Source: Mycobacteriales bacterium
GTDB lineage: Bacteria; Actinomycetota; Actinomycetes; Mycobacteriales; Pseudonocardiaceae
Direction: 5' to 3'
DNA: 64,000 nucleotides
Assembly: GCA_038276315.1 (NCBI GenBank)
Contig: JBBPZY010000151.1
Span: 16,659-80,658 of the forward strand
Under the pieces are notes generated by a model that was not told the DNA's origin, ran no database searches, and saw nothing but the letters and a program-made list of their open reading frames with translations. The position numbers and the translations under genes were made by a program. Every line of letters starts with the position of its first letter. The stretch's first letter is position 1. This document shows positions 1-11,374 of the stretch, one piece after another.

Positions 1-530
1 CGCGCCACTCGCTTCTTCTCCTGGGCCAGGAGAGGTTTGAGCCGATGCGGGGCTCCCTCAGCGACCAGCACGACTCCGGGGCGTCCAATGGCTCGGTGTA
101 CGGCGTCGAGTTGCGTGGTGCCCGCCACCGCGGGCGTCACCTTCCACTCACCGCGCAAGTTCTCCAGCGCCCAGGCCGCAGCGCCCGGCTGGCCCTCCGC
201 CTTGGCGAAAACATTGCGCTGAACGCGTCGCCCGAAAATCAGTATCGCGCCGAGCCCGCCGAGCGTGACTCCCAGCGGTAGGGCGATCCACTGCTGGCCG
301 AACAGGAAACCCACCCCGAACGCCACCGCAGTGATGCCCAGGAACACCCCGATCATCAACGGCAGCAGGACCTTGTCCTCGCGGCGCTGAATATTGAAAG
401 CCTCGAGGACCTGTGCCCGGCGCTGCTTGGACGCGGCGCGGGCCTCCTGCTTGGCGGCCTTCGCCGCCTCTTTGCCCTTAGTCCCGGATGCGGGCTTCGG
501 GGGCGGTGTGGGGGGCGGTTTGGGGGGCAT
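1..530 (-). CDS. DUF4191-family membrane protein (Rv2219-like); 3' end lies outside the window
   Basis: Absent from the ORF track because it runs off the window edge. Manual reverse translation from the ATG at 530-528 gives MPPKPPPTPPPKPASGTKGKEAAKAAKQEARAASKQRRAQVLEAFNIQRREDKVLLPLMI... This Lys/Ala-rich N-terminus followed by TM helices is typical of the protein encoded downstream of lipA in mycobacteria. Confidence 0.7.
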   Translation of the reverse strand, partial: MPPKPPPTPPPKPASGTKGKEAAKAAKQEARAASKQRRAQVLEAFNIQRREDKVLLPLMIGVFLGITAVAFGVGFLFGQQWIALPLGVTLGGLGAILIFGRRVQRNVFAKAEGQPGAAAWALENLRGEWKVTPAVAGTTQLDAVHRAIGRPGVVLVAEGAPHRLKPLLAQEKKRVA

Positions 531-551
531 GGCTCATAGGATACGTGCAGA

Positions 552-1520
552 TCACCGATGCTTGGATACCCGACCTCCACGGTGCGCGACGGCCTGCGCA
601 TAAAGCCGGCCAGCCCGGTAGGACGATCGGACCAGAGGTCCGGCCAGCACCCCGGCGAAACCCATCAGCTCGGCGGCGTGGGCATGCTCGACGAACTCCG
701 TTGGCGGGATCCAGCGTGCCACCGGGTGGTGGCGAGCCGAGGGTCGGAGGTACTGGGTGAGGGTGAGCAGCTCGCATCCTGTGGCATGCAGGTCGGCCAT
801 TGCAGCGGTGACCTCTTCGGGCTCCTCGCCAAGACCCAGGATCAGGTTGGACTTGGTCACCAGTCCCGCGTCGCGAGCGGCCCGCAGCACATCTAGGGAC
901 CGCTGGTAGCGAAACCCGGGCCGAATCCGCTTGAAGATCCTCGGCACTGTCTCCAGGTTGTGCGCCAACACCTCGGGCCCGGCGTCGAACACTTCGCGCA
1001 GTTGCTCGGGGCGGCCGGTGAAATCTGGGATGAGCAGCTCCACCCCGGTGCCAGCGTTGAGAGCATGGATTTGCCGCACGGTTTCGGCGTACAGCCAGGC
1101 GCCGCCGTCGGGCAGATCGTCCCGGGCGACCCCGGTCACTGTCGAGTACCGCAGTCCCATCGCCTGCACCGATTCGGCGACCCGCCGTGGCTCGTCGCGG
1201 TCCAGCGGGGCGGGTCGGCCGGTGTCGATCTGGCAGAAGTCGCAACGCCGGGTGCACTGCTCGCCGCCGATGAGGAAGGTGGCCTCCCGGTCCTCCCAGC
1301 ACTCATAGATGTTGGGGCAGCCAGCCGCCTGGCAGACCGTGTGCAGCCCCTCTCGGCGTACCAAGCTTTTGAGCTCGCGAAACGACGGACCCATCGTGGC
1401 TCGGATCCGGATCCACGGCGGCTTGCGCTCGATCGGTGTTGCGCTGTTGCGAACCTCCAGACGCAGCAGTTTGCGCCCGCCGGGGTCGGGTCCTGCGACT
1501 GGCGTGGTCACCAGCGCCAC
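552..1520 (-). CDS. lipA: lipoyl synthase
   Basis: 322-aa ORF with [32 protein letters not shown], which carries the auxiliary-cluster and radical-SAM Cys motifs. Near full-length similarity to LipA. Confidence 0.95.
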   Translation of the reverse strand: MALVTTPVAGPDPGGRKLLRLEVRNSATPIERKPPWIRIRATMGPSFRELKSLVRREGLHTVCQAAGCPNIYECWEDREATFLIGGEQCTRRCDFCQIDTGRPAPLDRDEPRRVAESVQAMGLRYSTVTGVARDDLPDGGAWLYAETVRQIHALNAGTGVELLIPDFTGRPEQLREVFDAGPEVLAHNLETVPRIFKRIRPGFRYQRSLDVLRAARDAGLVTKSNLILGLGEEPEEVTAAMADLHATGCELLTLTQYLRPSARHHPVARWIPPTEFVEHAHAAELMGFAGVLAGPLVRSSYRAGRLYAQAVAHRGGRVSKHR

Positions 1521-1521
1521 C

Positions 1522-2481
1522 CTACGCGGGGTCCGGCGTCACGCCGGTCAGCTCCGCGGTGCGTTCCCAGAGCAGCCAGGCAGTGTGCTCGTTGCGCGCG
1601 GCGTGGCTTGCCGCGACCCGGCCGGGGGCTCCCCGGGTCTGCCCGAGACTGGTCGGGCCGAAGTACTCCCCGCTGCGGACGTCGGCTGCGGTGGCCGCAT
1701 AGAGCTGCGGCAACGTACCTGCGACGACGCCCTGGCTGATCAGCTTGTTGCCCCACCGTGCGACCTCGGCGAACGGCCCGGCTACCCGCATCCGGGTGGT
1801 GTTGACCACCAATTCAGTGTCGGTGAGGCCGGGATGAGCTGCGACCGCACACAGGTCCCGCCGGGCCCCCTGAGCTCGCCGGCCCAGCTCAAAGGTGAAC
1901 AGCAGGTTGGCTAGCTTCGACGCGCTGTACGCGGCGACCGAGTTGTATCGCCGGTGCTCGAAGTTCAGATCACCGACGTCCAGGCCACCACCCCGGTGCG
2001 CGAGGCTGGATACCGTGACTACCCGGGCGCCGGGTAGCAGGGCCGGCGCCAGCAGCCAGGTCAGTGCGGCATGCCCGAGGTGGTTGGTGCCGATCTGCAA
2101 CTCGAAGCCGTCGGCGGTGCGCCGCGGCGGAGACGCCATCACGCCGGCGTTGTTCACCAGCACGTCCAACCGGTCCCCGGTGATCGCGCGGACCTCGTCA
2201 GCGGCGTTGCGGATCGAGGTGAGGTCAGCCAGGTCGAGCTGGATCAGCGTGGCATCCGCCCCGCCGGACTTGGCCCGCACCCGGTCCACCGCCGCCCGCC
2301 CGCGTTGCGGGTCCCGGCAGGCCATCAGTACGGTCGCGCCGCGGCTGGCGAGCACCATGGCGGTCTGCAGACCCAGACCCGAGTTGGCTCCGGTGACGAG
2401 CACTGTGCGGCCGGCCTGATCGGCCACGTCGGCCGCAGTCCATCCGCTCACTGCATGCACCTTCCCTATGTACATGACCAT
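1522..2481 (-). CDS. short-chain dehydrogenase/reductase (classical SDR)
   Basis: [11 protein letters not shown] (TGxxxGxG), NNAG and YSASK (YxxxK) motifs. The stop codon is 1 nt from the lipA start. Confidence 0.85.
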   Translation of the reverse strand: MVMYIGKVHAVSGWTAADVADQAGRTVLVTGANSGLGLQTAMVLASRGATVLMACRDPQRGRAAVDRVRAKSGGADATLIQLDLADLTSIRNAADEVRAITGDRLDVLVNNAGVMASPPRRTADGFELQIGTNHLGHAALTWLLAPALLPGARVVTVSSLAHRGGGLDVGDLNFEHRRYNSVAAYSASKLANLLFTFELGRRAQGARRDLCAVAAHPGLTDTELVVNTTRMRVAGPFAEVARWGNKLISQGVVAGTLPQLYAATAADVRSGEYFGPTSLGQTRGAPGRVAASHAARNEHTAWLLWERTAELTGVTPDPA

Positions 2482-2549
2482 CGGATAGCGACGGCTGGGG
2501 TAGCGACGGTCGTGAACGAGAGGTTACGCCGGTCATCGGTATCCATCGG

Positions 2550-3440
2550 CTACTTCAGGGCAGTTCCCAGCGCCGCTGGCAGTGTCGGATGCTGGAAGGG
2601 ATAGCGGTGTCTGCGCAGTACCGCAGGCACCGCGCGCTGCCCCGTCAGCACCATCTCGTCCACCAGTTCTGCGCCGCGCACCAGACGCAGCGCGAAACCG
2701 GGCACCGCCAGCAGGGTCGGCCGGTGCATCGCCTCGCCGACCGCCTTAGTGAACTCTTCATTGGTCACCGGGTCTGGACCACTGAGATTGACTGGACCGG
2801 ACAGCTCGTCGTGTTCCACGGCAAAGCGGATCGCACCGACTTCGTCGTCCAGCGAAATCCACGGCATGTACTGCGCTCCGCTGCCCAGCCGGCCACCCAG
2901 ACCGACCGCGAACAGTGGTCTGAGCTGGCCCATCAAGCCACCGGACGGAGAGATCACCAGGCCGGTGCGCAGCCGCACCACCCGTGCCCCGGCCCGTTCC
3001 GCGGTCGCCGTGGCCGCTTCCCAGTCCCGGCAGACTCCAGCGAGAAAGCCCGCACCTGCCGGGGCGGTCTCGTCGACCTCCCGATCTCCGGTGTCGCCGT
3101 AGTACCCCACTCCGGAGGCGTTGACCAGAACCGGCACCCGACGCTCGGCGACCGCTGTGGCGAGTACCTCAGTGGGTGCGATGCGGCTGTCCCGGATGGC
3201 CTGCTTGAACTCCCCAGACCAGCGCCGATCTGCCATCGCCGAGCCGCACAGGTTGACCACTGCGTCGATACCATCCAAAGTGCCGGCGTCCATCGTTGCC
3301 GCCGACGGGTCCCAAGCCCGTTCGTCCGAACCGCGGGGGCGCCCTCGCACTAGCCGCAGCACGTCGTGCCCAGCTTGGAGCAGCAACGCCACCAACGCTG
3401 TACCAATGAGACCCGACGACCCGGCGATCGCGACGCGCAT
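2550..3440 (-). CDS. TIGR01777/SDR39U1 epimerase-family protein with DUF1731 C-terminus (Rv2216-like)
   Basis: MRVAIAGSSGLIGTAL Rossmann start. Length is 296 aa, and the position next to the E2 gene matches mycobacteria. Confidence 0.85.
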   Translation of the reverse strand: MRVAIAGSSGLIGTALVALLLQAGHDVLRLVRGRPRGSDERAWDPSAATMDAGTLDGIDAVVNLCGSAMADRRWSGEFKQAIRDSRIAPTEVLATAVAERRVPVLVNASGVGYYGDTGDREVDETAPAGAGFLAGVCRDWEAATATAERAGARVVRLRTGLVISPSGGLMGQLRPLFAVGLGGRLGSGAQYMPWISLDDEVGAIRFAVEHDELSGPVNLSGPDPVTNEEFTKAVGEAMHRPTLLAVPGFALRLVRGAELVDEMVLTGQRAVPAVLRRHRYPFQHPTLPAALGTALK

Positions 3441-3485
3441 GAGTGAATCTTCTCCTACCCGACCGGGTTCTTGAGCGGGGGAGGG

Positions 3486-5159
3486 CTAGGGCTCGAATAT
3501 GGCGCCGCTGAGGCGCTGTTTGATGGTGTTGAGGAATCGCGCGGCGTCGGCTCCATCGACAAGCCGGTGATCGTAGGACAGCGCCAGGTAGATAATCGAG
3601 CGAACTCCGATCGTGTCGCCGTCCTCGCCGGCGAGGACGACTGGCCGCTTGACCACACTGCCGGTACCGAGGATCCCGACCTGCGGTTGCAGGATGATCG
3701 GTGTGTCGAACAATGCCCCTCGCGAGCCGGTGTTGCTGAGGGTGAACGTGCCGCCGCTCATCTCATCCGGGGTGATCTTGTTCGTCCTGGTCCGCTCGGC
3801 GACGTCGGCGATCCGGCGGGCCAGTCCGGCGATGTTGAGATCACCCGCGTCGTGGATCACCGGCACGAGCAGGCCGCGCTCGGTGTCCACGGCGATGCCG
3901 AGGTGCTCCGCGCCGTGGTAGGTGATTTCGCCCTTATCGGTGTCGATCGAGGCGTTGACTTTCGGGTATTGCTTGAGCGCCTCAACGGTGGCTTGGGCGA
4001 AGAACGGCAGGAACGACAGCTTGACGCCCTCTCGGGCCTCGAAGTCTCGTTTCGTTCGATCGCGCAGCCGGGCCAGACGGGTGATGTCAGCCTCCACCAC
4101 GGTGGTGAGCTGCGCGGAGATCTGCAGCGACTCAACCATCCGCTTGGCGATGACGCTGCGCATCCGGGACATCTTCTCGGTTGCGCCGCGCAGCTCGGAG
4201 ACCGCCGCCGGTAGCTGGGGCGAGTGGGGTGCCGCGGTGGACGGCGGCTGCTGCGGTGCGGGCGGGGCCGGCGGTTGCTGCGGCGCAGCCGGCTGGGGTT
4301 CGGGCATTTCGACGGCAGCGAGTACATCCTGCTTCCGGATCCGCCCACCCACCCCGGTGCCCTGCACGGTCGACAGGTCAACGCCGTGTTCGCTCGCGAG
4401 CTTGCGGACCAGTGGTGTCACGTACGGTGAGCCGCCCGCCGCTCCGTCGTACCCACTGAACCCTGATGCTGCGGCGCGGTCGGCGGGCGGCTCTGGCTCG
4501 GTCCTTTGTTGGGGCGGATCCGGAGTGCCTGGTGGCGGCGCCTCACTCAGGCCATCACGGTCGCCCACCGTGGCTAGGGTGGCGCCGATGGCAACGGTCT
4601 CGTCTTGCGCAGCGATGATCTCCAGTACGGTGCCCGCAACCGGGGAGGGGATCTCGGTGTCGACCTTGTCGGTCGATACCTCGACGAGAGGTTCGTCCAC
4701 AGCGACGGTGTCACCGACCTGCTTAAGCCACCGGGTCACCGTTCCCGCAGTGACGCTTTCACCCAGCGCGGGCATCGTCACGGCTGTGCCGGAGCCAGCG
4801 GACGCGGTTGGCGGCGCGGCTGGCCGGGGCGGTGGTTGCGCCGACGGGGGGCGACTGCCCGGCTGAGTGAACTCGGCGGGCGCGGGCGTGGGCTTGGGCT
4901 GATCGGCTTTGGGCTGATCGGCAGGGTCACCGATCACGGCGAGCTCCGCGCCGACCTCGACAGTCTCGTCCGCGGGCACAACGATCCGCTGCAGCACGCC
5001 GGCCGCCGGCGACGGGATCTCGGTGTCGACCTTGTCGGTGGACACCTCGACCAAAGGTTCGTCCACCTCAACGGTGTCACCTTCGTTTTTGAGCCAGCGC
5101 GTCACCGTTCCTTCGGTGACGCTCTCGCCCAGCGCAGGCATCGCCACGGAGTACGCCAT
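3486..5159 (-). CDS. sucB: dihydrolipoamide acyltransferase E2 (DlaT/SucB) with two lipoyl domains
   Basis: Two copies of the lipoyl motif ([14 protein letters not shown]), Pro/Ala linkers, a subunit-binding domain ([13 protein letters not shown]) and a catalytic DHRLVDG motif. Confidence 0.95.
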   Translation of the reverse strand: MAYSVAMPALGESVTEGTVTRWLKNEGDTVEVDEPLVEVSTDKVDTEIPSPAAGVLQRIVVPADETVEVGAELAVIGDPADQPKADQPKPTPAPAEFTQPGSRPPSAQPPPRPAAPPTASAGSGTAVTMPALGESVTAGTVTRWLKQVGDTVAVDEPLVEVSTDKVDTEIPSPVAGTVLEIIAAQDETVAIGATLATVGDRDGLSEAPPPGTPDPPQQRTEPEPPADRAAASGFSGYDGAAGGSPYVTPLVRKLASEHGVDLSTVQGTGVGGRIRKQDVLAAVEMPEPQPAAPQQPPAPPAPQQPPSTAAPHSPQLPAAVSELRGATEKMSRMRSVIAKRMVESLQISAQLTTVVEADITRLARLRDRTKRDFEAREGVKLSFLPFFAQATVEALKQYPKVNASIDTDKGEITYHGAEHLGIAVDTERGLLVPVIHDAGDLNIAGLARRIADVAERTRTNKITPDEMSGGTFTLSNTGSRGALFDTPIILQPQVGILGTGSVVKRPVVLAGEDGDTIGVRSIIYLALSYDHRLVDGADAARFLNTIKQRLSGAIFEP

Positions 5160-5194
5160 CTGTTGCCTCGACTCCTCGTCTTCCGTAGGTGTTG

Positions 5195-6574
5195 TCAGCC
5201 GTGCGCGTGCAGTGGCTTGCCGGCCAGGGCGAGGTGCGCCTCACCGAGCGCCTCGTTCTGCGTGGGGTGGGCATGCACCAGCGCGGCGACGTCCTCCGGG
5301 TAGGCCTCCCAGTTGACGATCAGCTGGGCCTCGCCGACCAGCTCGCCGACTCGGTCGCCGACCATATGCACTCCCACCACCGGACCATTCTTGGCGCGTA
5401 CCAGCTTGATCGCGCCCTTGGTCTGCAAGATCTGGCTGCGTCCGTTGCCGGCCAAGTCGTAGATGATCGTCTCGATGTCTCCGTGGCGGTCCTTGGCCAG
5501 CGCCTCTGTGAGCCCGACCGACGCTACCTGCGGCTCGCAGTAGGTCACCCGCGGGATACCGTCCTCATCGATCGGGGCGGGGGTACGCCCAGCGATGTCT
5601 TCGGCGAGGAAGACGCCTTGAGCGAACCCGCGATGGGCGAGTTGTAGCCCAGGCACGATGTCCCCCAGCGCGTACACCCCCGGAAGGTTGGTGCGTAGCC
5701 GTTCGTCGGTGAGCACGAACCCGCGGTCCATGGCCACGCCGGCCTCCGCGTACCCGGCCTCCGCGGTATTCGGTCCCCGGCCCACGGCGACCAGCAGCAG
5801 ATCAGCCTCGAGCTGCTCCCCGGACTCCAGGCTCACTGTGACTCCGGAGTCGGACTGGGTCGCACCTGTGAACCGCACCCCGGTTTTGAATGTGATACCT
5901 CGCCGCCGGAAAGCCCGCTCCAGTTGCTTGGAACAGAAATCGTCCTCGGCGGGGACAAGCCGGGGCAGCGCCTCGACAACAGTCACCTCGGCCCCGAAGG
6001 AGCGCCATACGCTGGCGAACTCGACACCGATGACGCCGCCGCCCAATACCACCACTCGGTCCGGCACATAGTTGAAATTCAGCGCCTGATCGCTGGTGAT
6101 AAAGCGGCCGCCGATCTCCAGGTCGGGTAGAGACTTGGCATAGGAACCGGTTGCCAGCACAATGGCGTGCCCGGTATAGCGCTGCCCATCAACGTCGACG
6201 GCATCTGGAGCGACGAACTTGCCGGTGCCCTCGACATAGCGGATCCCTCGGGAGGACACCAACCCCTGCAGGCCCTTGAACATCTTGGCGACGACGCCAT
6301 CCTTGTACTTATTGACGCCCGCCATGTCGATGCCCTCGAGCGTTGTCTTCACCCCGAACTGATGGCCGTCCCGTGCAGCGTCGGCTACCTCAGCAGACTG
6401 CAGCAGCGCTTTGGTGGGGATGCAGCCGCGGTGCAGGCACGTGCCACCCAGTTTGTCCTTCTCTACCAGGACGACCGACAGACCCAGCTGGGCAGCGCGC
6501 AGCGCGCAGGCGTAACCACCCGAGCCGCCACCGAGGATCACCAGATCGGTGGTGCTTACTGAAGTCTCTGTCAC
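5195..6574 (-). CDS. lpd: dihydrolipoyl dehydrogenase (E3)
   Basis: GGGSGGY FAD motif, redox-active [14 protein letters not shown]-terminal HAHPT. Length 459 aa. Confidence 0.95.
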   Translation of the reverse strand: MTETSVSTTDLVILGGGSGGYACALRAAQLGLSVVLVEKDKLGGTCLHRGCIPTKALLQSAEVADAARDGHQFGVKTTLEGIDMAGVNKYKDGVVAKMFKGLQGLVSSRGIRYVEGTGKFVAPDAVDVDGQRYTGHAIVLATGSYAKSLPDLEIGGRFITSDQALNFNYVPDRVVVLGGGVIGVEFASVWRSFGAEVTVVEALPRLVPAEDDFCSKQLERAFRRRGITFKTGVRFTGATQSDSGVTVSLESGEQLEADLLLVAVGRGPNTAEAGYAEAGVAMDRGFVLTDERLRTNLPGVYALGDIVPGLQLAHRGFAQGVFLAEDIAGRTPAPIDEDGIPRVTYCEPQVASVGLTEALAKDRHGDIETIIYDLAGNGRSQILQTKGAIKLVRAKNGPVVGVHMVGDRVGELVGEAQLIVNWEAYPEDVAALVHAHPTQNEALGEAHLALAGKPLHAHG

Positions 6575-6667
6575 TGAGACGCTCCTGGGGCAGACGTCGG
6601 TGAACTCCTATTGCGCGCCACGGCCATCTTGTCATCCAAGGAGCATTCTCAGCGCTCGGGAACGCGA

Positions 6668-8155
6668 TCAGCCTTGTTCGGCGATGTCGGCGAGGACAGC
6701 GGCCAGGGTGCGCACCGGTACGCCGGTGCCTCCCTTGCCGGTGTATCCCCACGGTGAGCCGCTGTTGTAGGCGGGGCCGGCGATGTCCAGATGCGCCCAG
6801 GGGATGTCATCGGCGACGAACTCGGACAGGAATACCCCGGCGGTGAGCATGCCGCCCCAGCGATGGCTCGCCACGTTGGCGATGTCAGCGAGCTTGGAGT
6901 CCAAATCCGAGCGCAGGTGTTCGGGTAACGGCATCGCCCAGCCGTTCTCCCCGACCTGCTGGGAGATCGCGGTGACCCGGTCGCGGAACTCTGGGGTGCC
7001 CATGATCCCCGGGGTGCGACTGCCCAGTGCGACGATCTGGGCGCCGGTGAGGGTGGCGGCGTCGATGAGATAGTCCGGGGCGTCCTGCGCTGCGCGAACC
7101 AGCGCGTCGGCGAGAATCAGTCGCCCCTCGGCATCGGTGTTGAGCACCTCGACGGTGGTGCCGCCGTACATCGTGAGGACGTCCCCGGGCCGGTATGCGG
7201 TGGCCGAAGGCATGTTCTCGGCCATCGGCACGGTGGCGATCACTTCCACCGGAAGTTCCAGCCGGGCGGCGAGCACGGTGGTGACGACCACGGCAGCCGC
7301 GCCCGCCATGTCCATGGTCATCTCTTCCATCTTCGCCGCCGGCTTGATCGAGATGCCGCCGGTGTCGAACGTGACTCCCTTGCCGACCAATGCCACCTTC
7401 GCTCTTGACGTGGCCGGTGCGTAATGCAGCCGGACCAGCCGCGGCGGACGGGACGAGCCGCCGCCGACCCCCAGGATGCCGCCGTATCCGTCGCGCTGCA
7501 GGGCCTTCTCGTCTAGCACCTCGGTGCGCAGACCGGCCGCTTGCGCCATCGTCACGGCACGATCGGCGAACGAGGCCGGGTAGAGGTCGTTGGGCGGGGT
7601 GGTCACCAGATCCCGCGCGGCCCTCACCGCTTCGGCAATGGCGACGGCCCGGGCAAGGTCCGCTCTCGGCCCTGCGCTGCTGGCCGAAGACACCGACAGG
7701 TCCATCTGGCCCAGCGGCCCGTCGCCGTTGCGGGACCGGTAGGCGGTGAACGCGTAGCTGCCCAGCGCGGTGCCCTCCGCGGCGGCGGCCAGGTCGGTCC
7801 GGGACAGCGTCGTGACGGCCCGAGCCATGCCAGCCAGCGCGCGGGATGCCGCACCAGCGGCTCGGCGCACCTGCTCGCTGGTGGGCTGTCCGTCGACCTC
7901 GCCGAGACCGGTAGCGATCAGCAACGGGGCACTGATGGCTCCGCGAGTCGGTACCTTGATCACCTCGTCGGCCCTGCCTCGGGCACCGAGCATGGCCAGC
8001 AGGTCGCTGAGTGCACCGTCGAACGCCGCATCGACCTCAGCGTTGCCCGGCAGGAGTCGGGGACCCCCTTCGCCGGACATGATTCCCACCACAAGCGCGT
8101 CGACGGTCGCGGTGGTCACCGAGGCATCGGTGAGGCGCAGCGTCGGGGTGGTCAC
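6668..8155 (-). CDS. pepA: leucyl aminopeptidase (M17)
   Basis: NTDAEGRL signature, [11 protein letters not shown]. Length 495 aa. Confidence 0.95.
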   Translation of the reverse strand: MTTPTLRLTDASVTTATVDALVVGIMSGEGGPRLLPGNAEVDAAFDGALSDLLAMLGARGRADEVIKVPTRGAISAPLLIATGLGEVDGQPTSEQVRRAAGAASRALAGMARAVTTLSRTDLAAAAEGTALGSYAFTAYRSRNGDGPLGQMDLSVSSASSAGPRADLARAVAIAEAVRAARDLVTTPPNDLYPASFADRAVTMAQAAGLRTEVLDEKALQRDGYGGILGVGGGSSRPPRLVRLHYAPATSRAKVALVGKGVTFDTGGISIKPAAKMEEMTMDMAGAAAVVVTTVLAARLELPVEVIATVPMAENMPSATAYRPGDVLTMYGGTTVEVLNTDAEGRLILADALVRAAQDAPDYLIDAATLTGAQIVALGSRTPGIMGTPEFRDRVTAISQQVGENGWAMPLPEHLRSDLDSKLADIANVASHRWGGMLTAGVFLSEFVADDIPWAHLDIAGPAYNSGSPWGYTGKGGTGVPVRTLAAVLADIAEQG

Positions 8156-8238
8156 GGTGATCTCCCTGTTGATCTCGTCAGAGGATTGAGCGCATCGGGT
8201 GCGGGGCGGTGTACCACTAGAGGTAGCGTTCCATAGCC

Positions 8239-9345
8239 GTGAGTACCGACCTGCACCGCGGACCCCTGCACGCCTCGCACTTCGCGGTCGGCGCCACCCT
8301 GGGGCCGTTCGGCGGATGGGAAATGCCGATCAGCTACCCCGGCGGAGGCGTCATCGCCGAGCACACCGCGGTACGGGAGGCAGTCGGTGTGTTCGACGTC
8401 ACTCACCTAGGTAAGATCAACATCGTTGGTGCGGGGGCTGCGGAGTTCGTCAACTCCTGTTTCACCGCAGACCTCGCGAAAATCCATCCAGGGCAGGCCC
8501 AATACACCTTGTACTGCGCCGATGACGGCGGCGTGGCGGACGATCTCATCGCCTATCTGGTCAGCCCGGACGAGGTGTACTGCGTGCCGAATGCCGAGAA
8601 CACGTCGGAGGTCGGTCGCCGACTGGCCGCCGCCGCGCCCCGGGCGGTGCGGGTGCTCGACCAGCAGCAAGACTACGCGGTGCTGGCTGTGCAGGGACCA
8701 CGCTCGGCCGAGTTACTCGCTTCCGTGGGCTTGACCGTCGCCGGCATGGACTACATGGCCTTCGCCGACGTCGACCACGACGGCGGTGCAGCACTGCGCG
8801 TGGGCCGCACTGGCTACACCGGCGAGCGTGGCTACGAACTGTTGCCGTCCTGGGGAGACGCGCCGGCACTGTGGGAAGCGCTCCTCGCCGCCGCCGACCC
8901 ACTTGGTGGTCGCGCGTGCGGGCTCGGCGCCCGCGACACCCTACGCACTGAGATGGGTTACTCCCTGCACGGCCAGGATCTGGGTCCCGACATCACCCCG
9001 CTGCAGGGTGGTGTCTCGTGGGCGATCGGCTGGCACAAGGCGGCCTTCTGGGGACGGGAGGCGTTACTCGCCGAGCGACAGCGCGGTCCGTCGCGGCGGC
9101 TGCGCGGCCTTCGCGCCACCGGGCGTGGGGTGCCGCGGCCGCACATGGCAGTGCGGACCTCGGCGGGTGTGCCGGTGGGGGAGACCACCTCGGGCACCTT
9201 CTCGCCGACTCTGAGTACCGGTATCGCGCTGGCGCTGCTCGATCCCGGCGTGCGACCCGGAGACCGCGTCGAGGTCGACGTCCGTGGCCGGGCGTTGCCC
9301 TGCGAGGTCATCACGCCCCCGTTCGTCCCCTCCCACGTGCGCTGA
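8239..9345 (+). CDS. gcvT: glycine cleavage system aminomethyltransferase (T protein)
   Basis: 368 aa. The N-terminus (GWEMPISY...[11 protein letters not shown]) is typical of GcvT. Confidence 0.95.
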   Translation: MSTDLHRGPLHASHFAVGATLGPFGGWEMPISYPGGGVIAEHTAVREAVGVFDVTHLGKINIVGAGAAEFVNSCFTADLAKIHPGQAQYTLYCADDGGVADDLIAYLVSPDEVYCVPNAENTSEVGRRLAAAAPRAVRVLDQQQDYAVLAVQGPRSAELLASVGLTVAGMDYMAFADVDHDGGAALRVGRTGYTGERGYELLPSWGDAPALWEALLAAADPLGGRACGLGARDTLRTEMGYSLHGQDLGPDITPLQGGVSWAIGWHKAAFWGREALLAERQRGPSRRLRGLRATGRGVPRPHMAVRTSAGVPVGETTSGTFSPTLSTGIALALLDPGVRPGDRVEVDVRGRALPCEVITPPFVPSHVR

Positions 9346-9435
9346 CGCGCCCTGGTCGGCGCTTCGAGTGCAGGACGGAACCACCCGCAGTAAAGTAGTG
9401 GGACGTCCTACCATTCCTGCGCACGACGGGATACC

Positions 9436-10548
9436 GTGCTGGTCATGAGCGCCGCGCCACTGTTCACCCGGCTGCCGCACCCGGCCCCGACGACGCCGCA
9501 ACAGCGGGCGGGGATACTCGCCGCGCCCGGCTTCGGCCGCTACTTCACCGACCATATGGTCGACATCTGCTGGACCGCCGGGCGTGGTTGGCATGACCTG
9601 CAGATCGGCCCCTACCAGCACCTTGTGATGGATCCGGCCAGCATGGTGCTGCACTACGGGCAGGCAGTTTTCGAGGGGCTCAAGGCCTATCGGCAGCCAG
9701 ATGACACCGTGGCATGCTTCCGGCCGTTGGCCAATGCCGCCCGGCTCCGCGCCTCGGCCTGCAGGATGGCGATGCCAGAGCTGCCTGACGAACTGTTCTT
9801 CGGTTCACTGCGGGAACTGGTGCGCGCCGACATCGGCTGGGTGCCGGCTGCTGGCGGTGAGGACTCCTTGTACTTGCGGCCGATGCTGTTCGCCACCGAG
9901 GTGAGTCTCGGGGTTCGCCCCGCGACGTCCTACCGGTACCTGCTGATCGCTTCCCCGGCCGGACCGTACTTCCGTGGTGGACTCAAGCCGGTGAGCGTGT
10001 GGCTGTGCAGCGAGTACGTCCGCGCCGCGCCCGGCGGTACTGGCGCCGCCAAGTTCGCCGGGAACTACGCCGCCTCGCTGCTGGCCCAGCAGCAAGCCGC
10101 TGACAAGGGCTGCGACCAGGTCGTATGGCTGGACGCGGTGGAGCGGCGCTGGGTGGAGGAAATGGGCGGGATGAACCTCTACTTCGTCTTCGGAGAGGGC
10201 GGCAAAGCCCGGCTGGTGACCCCTGAGCTCACCGGCGCGTTGCTGCCTGGGATCACCCGCGATTCCCTGCTCACCCTGGCCCGGGACCACGGGCTATCCG
10301 CCGAGGAGCGACGGATCTCCACCGAGGAGTGGGAGAAGGGCGTCCAGGCCGGGGACATCTCGGAGGTCTTCGCCTGCGGTACTGCCGCGGTGATCACGCC
10401 GGTCGGGCGCGTCGCGCACTCCGGTGGCGAGTTCACCATCGGCAGCGGCGCACCCGGCCCCATCACCACTGCGCTGCGTGCCTCTCTCACCGCGATCCAA
10501 CGCGGCGCCGCCGCCGACGTGCACAACTGGATGGTTTCCGTCACCTGA
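9436..10548 (+). CDS. ilvE: branched-chain amino acid aminotransferase
   Basis: 370 aa. [13 protein letters not shown] and [16 protein letters not shown] are class IV aminotransferase motifs. Confidence 0.95.
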   Translation: MLVMSAAPLFTRLPHPAPTTPQQRAGILAAPGFGRYFTDHMVDICWTAGRGWHDLQIGPYQHLVMDPASMVLHYGQAVFEGLKAYRQPDDTVACFRPLANAARLRASACRMAMPELPDELFFGSLRELVRADIGWVPAAGGEDSLYLRPMLFATEVSLGVRPATSYRYLLIASPAGPYFRGGLKPVSVWLCSEYVRAAPGGTGAAKFAGNYAASLLAQQQAADKGCDQVVWLDAVERRWVEEMGGMNLYFVFGEGGKARLVTPELTGALLPGITRDSLLTLARDHGLSAEERRISTEEWEKGVQAGDISEVFACGTAAVITPVGRVAHSGGEFTIGSGAPGPITTALRASLTAIQRGAAADVHNWMVSVT

Positions 10549-10559
10549 CGCCGCATCAC

Positions 10560-10618
10560 GCATTCAGCGGGCTCAGCGAGGTTATTAGGCACTCGTTTGC
10601 CCCGCTGAGCCCGCTGAA
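10560..10618. repeat. palindromic element copy A (16-bp perfect stem, 24-nt loop); also a likely bidirectional terminator between ilvE and cobS
   Basis: GCATTCAGCGGGCTCAGCG ... CCCCGCTGAGCCCGCTGAA. Both arms are nearly identical to those at 59581-59644. Confidence 0.7.
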
Positions 10619-10624
10619 GAGCGG

Positions 10625-11374
10625 TCAACCCACCGCGCAGATGGCGAGGATCACGGTGGTGGTCAGCTCAGCGGCAGCGCCTAGCACGTCACCGGTGACG
10701 CCGCCGAATCTGCGGCGGGTGTGTGCTGAGGTCGCTGCGACCACCAGGGCGGCGACGGCCACCGCTAGCGCTCCCTGCCAGGGGCGTCCCGGCACCGCTA
10801 CCAGGCCGGTGACCAGCAGGCTTGCCAACCAGGCCGCTGAGACGGCGGGTGGCTGACTGTCTGCCACCCACACTCCCAACCCGGTGGGACGGGCCGGTGG
10901 CACCCCGATCCGGGCGCACCAGCCGAAGGCGGCTCGTCCGGCGACTAGCGCCAGCATCACCGGGATTGGCCGGCTGGTCTGGGCCAGTACCCCCAGTGCT
11001 GCTGCCTGCGTCGTCAGCACCAGTACCAGCGCTATCACTCCGAACGGTCCGGTCGCCCCATCCCGCATCACTTCCAGAGCCCGCTGCGGCCCGCCATAGC
11101 AGCCCAACCCGTCAGCGGTGTCAGCCAGCCCATCCAGATGCATCGCCCGAGTCAGCCCGGCTAGCGCCGTCACCACGACCAACCCGGCCAGCAGCGACGG
11201 AGTGCGCACCGCATGCAGAGCGGTCAGCAGCCCCACGGCTAGCACGCCCAACGCGGCACCCACCACGGGTGCCCAGTACAGCGCCTGGCGCGCGACTGCC
11301 CGGTCCACCTCGACGGATGTACCGGTCGGCAAGATCGTCAACCAGGACACGGCAAGTCGCAATCCACCGCTCAC
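10625..11374 (-). CDS. cobS: adenosylcobinamide-GDP ribazoletransferase (cobalamin synthase)
   Basis: Polytopic membrane protein beginning [17 protein letters not shown] chose the GTG at 11374 because it overlaps the cobT TGA (GTGA) and gives 249 aa. The longer ORF-track start at 11596 would lie inside cobT. Confidence 0.9.
   Translation of the reverse strand: MSGGLRLAVSWLTILPTGTSVEVDRAVARQALYWAPVVGAALGVLAVGLLTALHAVRTPSLLAGLVVVTALAGLTRAMHLDGLADTADGLGCYGGPQRALEVMRDGATGPFGVIALVLVLTTQAAALGVLAQTSRPIPVMLALVAGRAAFGWCARIGVPPARPTGLGVWVADSQPPAVSAAWLASLLVTGLVAVPGRPWQGALAVAVAALVVAATSAHTRRRFGGVTGDVLGAAAELTTTVILAICAVG

Noticed and set aside
478-1739. Several 250-320-aa ORFs overlapping lipA in other frames or on the other strand (478-1302 minus, 960-1739 plus, 1309-1914 plus)
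   Set aside because: lipA and the SDR explain the region with clear catalytic motifs. The alternatives have the composition of shadow ORFs.
4893-4925. 15-bp x2 near-perfect repeat ([10 protein letters not shown]) and other Pro/Ala repeats in the E2 gene
   Set aside because: They lie in the flexible inter-domain linkers of E2, where such low-complexity repeats are normal. Not treated as a separate feature.
8156-8238. Possible riboswitch or leader in the pepA/gcvT divergent spacer
   Set aside because: It is only 83 nt, with no glycine-riboswitch boxes or stable hairpin seen.
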